In this document: positions 61,526 to 64,000 of the stretch, piece by piece | Position numbering within the stretch: position 1 is the first letter of the stretch | How the letters are laid out: each line of letters opens with the position of its first letter | NCBI GenBank assembly: GCA_043228905.1 | Contig: JBHGNT010000017.1 | Span: 5,828,001-5,892,000, forward strand | Direction of reading: 5' to 3' | DNA from: Azolla caroliniana | Lineage: Eukaryota > Plantae > Polypodiophyta | DNA length: 64,000 bases | The notes under the pieces: model-generated | Told to the model about the DNA's origin: nothing | What the model saw: the letters and a program-made list of their open reading frames with translations, nothing else | The model's database searches: none | Program-made: the position numbers and the translations under genes

Positions 61526-63966
61526 TCACAGCTTGTCCTCATACTCGGAGAGAGGAGTCATCTGCTCCTTAAGTCCCTTCCTCTTGCGAATATCAATAAC
61601 CAACTGATGTGCTTGAGAACCGATATCATTCGGATCACTATTCATCATGTCCCAATGATCAAACACACATTGTGGAAAAGCTTGCCCCGATGTCGCAGCA
61701 CGAAGAGTACTAGAGAATCCAAACGATTCTATAACAGGAAGATACGCTTTAATGTTATACAATGGTGTACCAGGTCTCTGAATTTCTTCAAACACGTGCC
61801 CTCTCTTCTGATTAAGAACTCCATATATACCACCCAAAGCTTGTTCCGGTGCTTGTATCTCTACAAGGTAAACAGGCTCTAAAAGCCTGGGTTTTGCAGT
61901 TAGCTGAGCAGCATACATTACTCTTCTTGCCGTTGGAATCACCTGCCCACCTCCTCTATGAATAGCATCAGCATGCAACACAACATCACAAACCTCAAAT
62001 GCTATCCCTCTCATATTCTCCTCAGCTAGAGCACCTTCCTTGGTAGCCCACTGGAACGCCGCCACAACAGAATCCTTTATCTCATTCAAGTATTGCACTC
62101 CCTTACACATGTCAACCACCAAGTTTGGCCCAGTAGTCTCAGGGCCAAAACACCATATCTTCTTAGCCAGATCTTTATCCCAACCAAATTCCTCGGATAA
62201 GATTTTGCTGCGAACTTTAGGATCATCTCTTGGGCCAATCCGCCCTTCGTCAATCGCCTCAGGGAGCCCATCTTCTAAAGGCCTCGCCTCAAAATACAGA
62301 CGATTATGCTTGTTGGGCGATTTGCTCATAACTGTGTGGTTGGATTTCTCAAGGACAGTCTCCCTAAATGAAACAACAGGATCCGATACAGCAATTTCAG
62401 CACCACCCATGAAATCCTCTTGCAAATCCTTGAGACAAATCTCTAAATGTAGCTCACCAGCACCAGCAATAATATGCTCACCAGACTCTTCAATTGTACA
62501 GACAACCATGGGATCTGACTTAGCTAGTCTCTTCAGCCCCTCGACTAACTTGGGAAGATCAGAAGCAACTTTGCATTGCACAGCAACTCTCACCACAGGA
62601 GAAACAGAAAATTTCATTGCACGTATAGGATGAGCATCCACCTCCTTTTCATTGGTAAGGGTCGCATTCTTGGTTATAAATTGATCCAAGCCAACCATGG
62701 CCACGGTGTTACCACAAGGTACATCCTCTACAGACTCTTGCCTTCTTCCCATCCAAATAACTGTTCTTTGAACACTCTTGGTGTACAAGTCCTTCTTTTG
62801 ACCAGGAACAAAATTAGGGCCCATTATACGAACCTTCAAACCAGTAGACACCTTTCCAGAAAACACACGGCCAAAAGCAAAGAATCGACCCTTATCAGAG
62901 GCAGGAATCATTTTAGAGACATAAAGCATAAGGGGACCATCAGGATCACAGTTTCTAATTGCATTTGCATAAACATCATCCAACGGCCCTTCATATAAGT
63001 TTTCAACACGGTATTTTTGTGCCTTTGCTGGAGACGGAAGGTGAAAGACCATCATTTCTAACAGTGCATCACTTGCTGGGAGCCAAGATTGCATTACTCG
63101 TTTCATCAAGGGTTTACCCCTGAGCTCTTTCTCATCAGCCTTCATGGTAACTCCAAGTTTCTCCAGCATAGGCCACAACATCTCTTTCTGGTCATTCATA
63201 CATATATTAATGATTTGCTTGATTGGGTTGTAAATGAACTGAACAAAACCCCTCTGACACGTTGCAGACCCGGAATTTTTTGTGGTCCACTTCTTTGTAG
63301 CAGAATCAAAGTAATTTTCTCCCCAGAGACGTTCCATCATCTTTGATTCATCAACACGAAACTTGCTAGCATACATCTTTGCAAAATTAGTGAGCGTAAA
63401 AGCCCATCCATGCAATCCAGCTGAGAATGCAACAGTGCCTTTCTCTGGATAGACTTGAACATCACCAAGGAGTGGATCCTCATATGTGGCCATGATAACA
63501 TTGGCATTCTCAATAACCCTCTGAAATGTCTGATAAGCTTCTTCCCCGTCTACCTGAAGCTCAAGGAAGCATCGATCCATTTTGTTGACAGTAAGAACAG
63601 GCCTAATCCTCTCACCAAGGGCCTGACGCAATACAGTCTCCGTTTGAACACAAACACCTTCAACACAATCAACCACAACCAAAGCACCATCAGTAATACG
63701 CAAAGCTGCAGTGACTTCTGATGAGAAGTCAACATGGCCTGGAGAGTCGATGAGATTAATAAGATAATCATTTCCATCCTTTTCTCCCTTGAAGTCTTTT
63801 AAAGAGGCATCTGTCATCTCATAATAGAGGGAAATCCCAGTAGATTTAATTGTAATGCCACGTTCAGCTTCATCCTGTCTCGTATCAGTTAGCCGCACAT
63901 CGCCCGCCACTTCTTGAGCAATGATACCAGCCGCAGCCACAAGGGAATCCGTCAATGTAGACTTAC
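61526..63966 (-). CDS. EEF2: Eukaryotic translation elongation factor 2, large last exon (5' exons lie outside the window)
   Basis: [35 protein letters not shown], diphthamide motif [11 protein letters not shown]. Splice acceptor ctaag immediately upstream of 63966. Confidence 0.98.
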
Positions 63967-64000
63967 CTTAGAGAAAGAAAAAAGCCACAATAAATTCCAT

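Noticed and set aside
61607-63721. Plus-strand ORFs antisense to eEF2 (and similar ones opposite gypsy pol)
   Set aside because: Expected shadow ORFs of long coding sequences; no independent motifs.

Overview
Eukaryotic land-plant nuclear DNA, probably a fern (inferred from the repeat landscape and a plastid-derived ycf2-like/trnN fragment). It holds six host genes: SEH1 nucleoporin (+), an SNF2-RING-helicase of the CHR27/28 (FRG) type (-), a dienelactone hydrolase (-), an intronless DUF7138-type protein (-), a divergent mitochondrial pyruvate dehydrogenase E1-alpha (-) and the 3' exon of eEF2 (-). They are separated by copia, gypsy, LINE, hAT and SINE relics. The most striking structures are: (1) a 3.2-kb palindromic insertion with two apparently identical 1481-bp arms, each carrying a SWIM/zinc-ribbon ORF and a subterminal hairpin, lying between convergent genes with no classical TSD; (2) about 27 identical 150-bp repeats, each with a 20-bp palindrome, directly upstream of and in frame with PDH-E1a; (3) three LINE copies each sitting inside a (GA)n tract in the same orientation; (4) a small gypsy element with a 4-bp TSD, a tRNA-Ala PBS and a GGGAAAC -1 frameshift site. 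All coordinates were read by eye; no searches were run.
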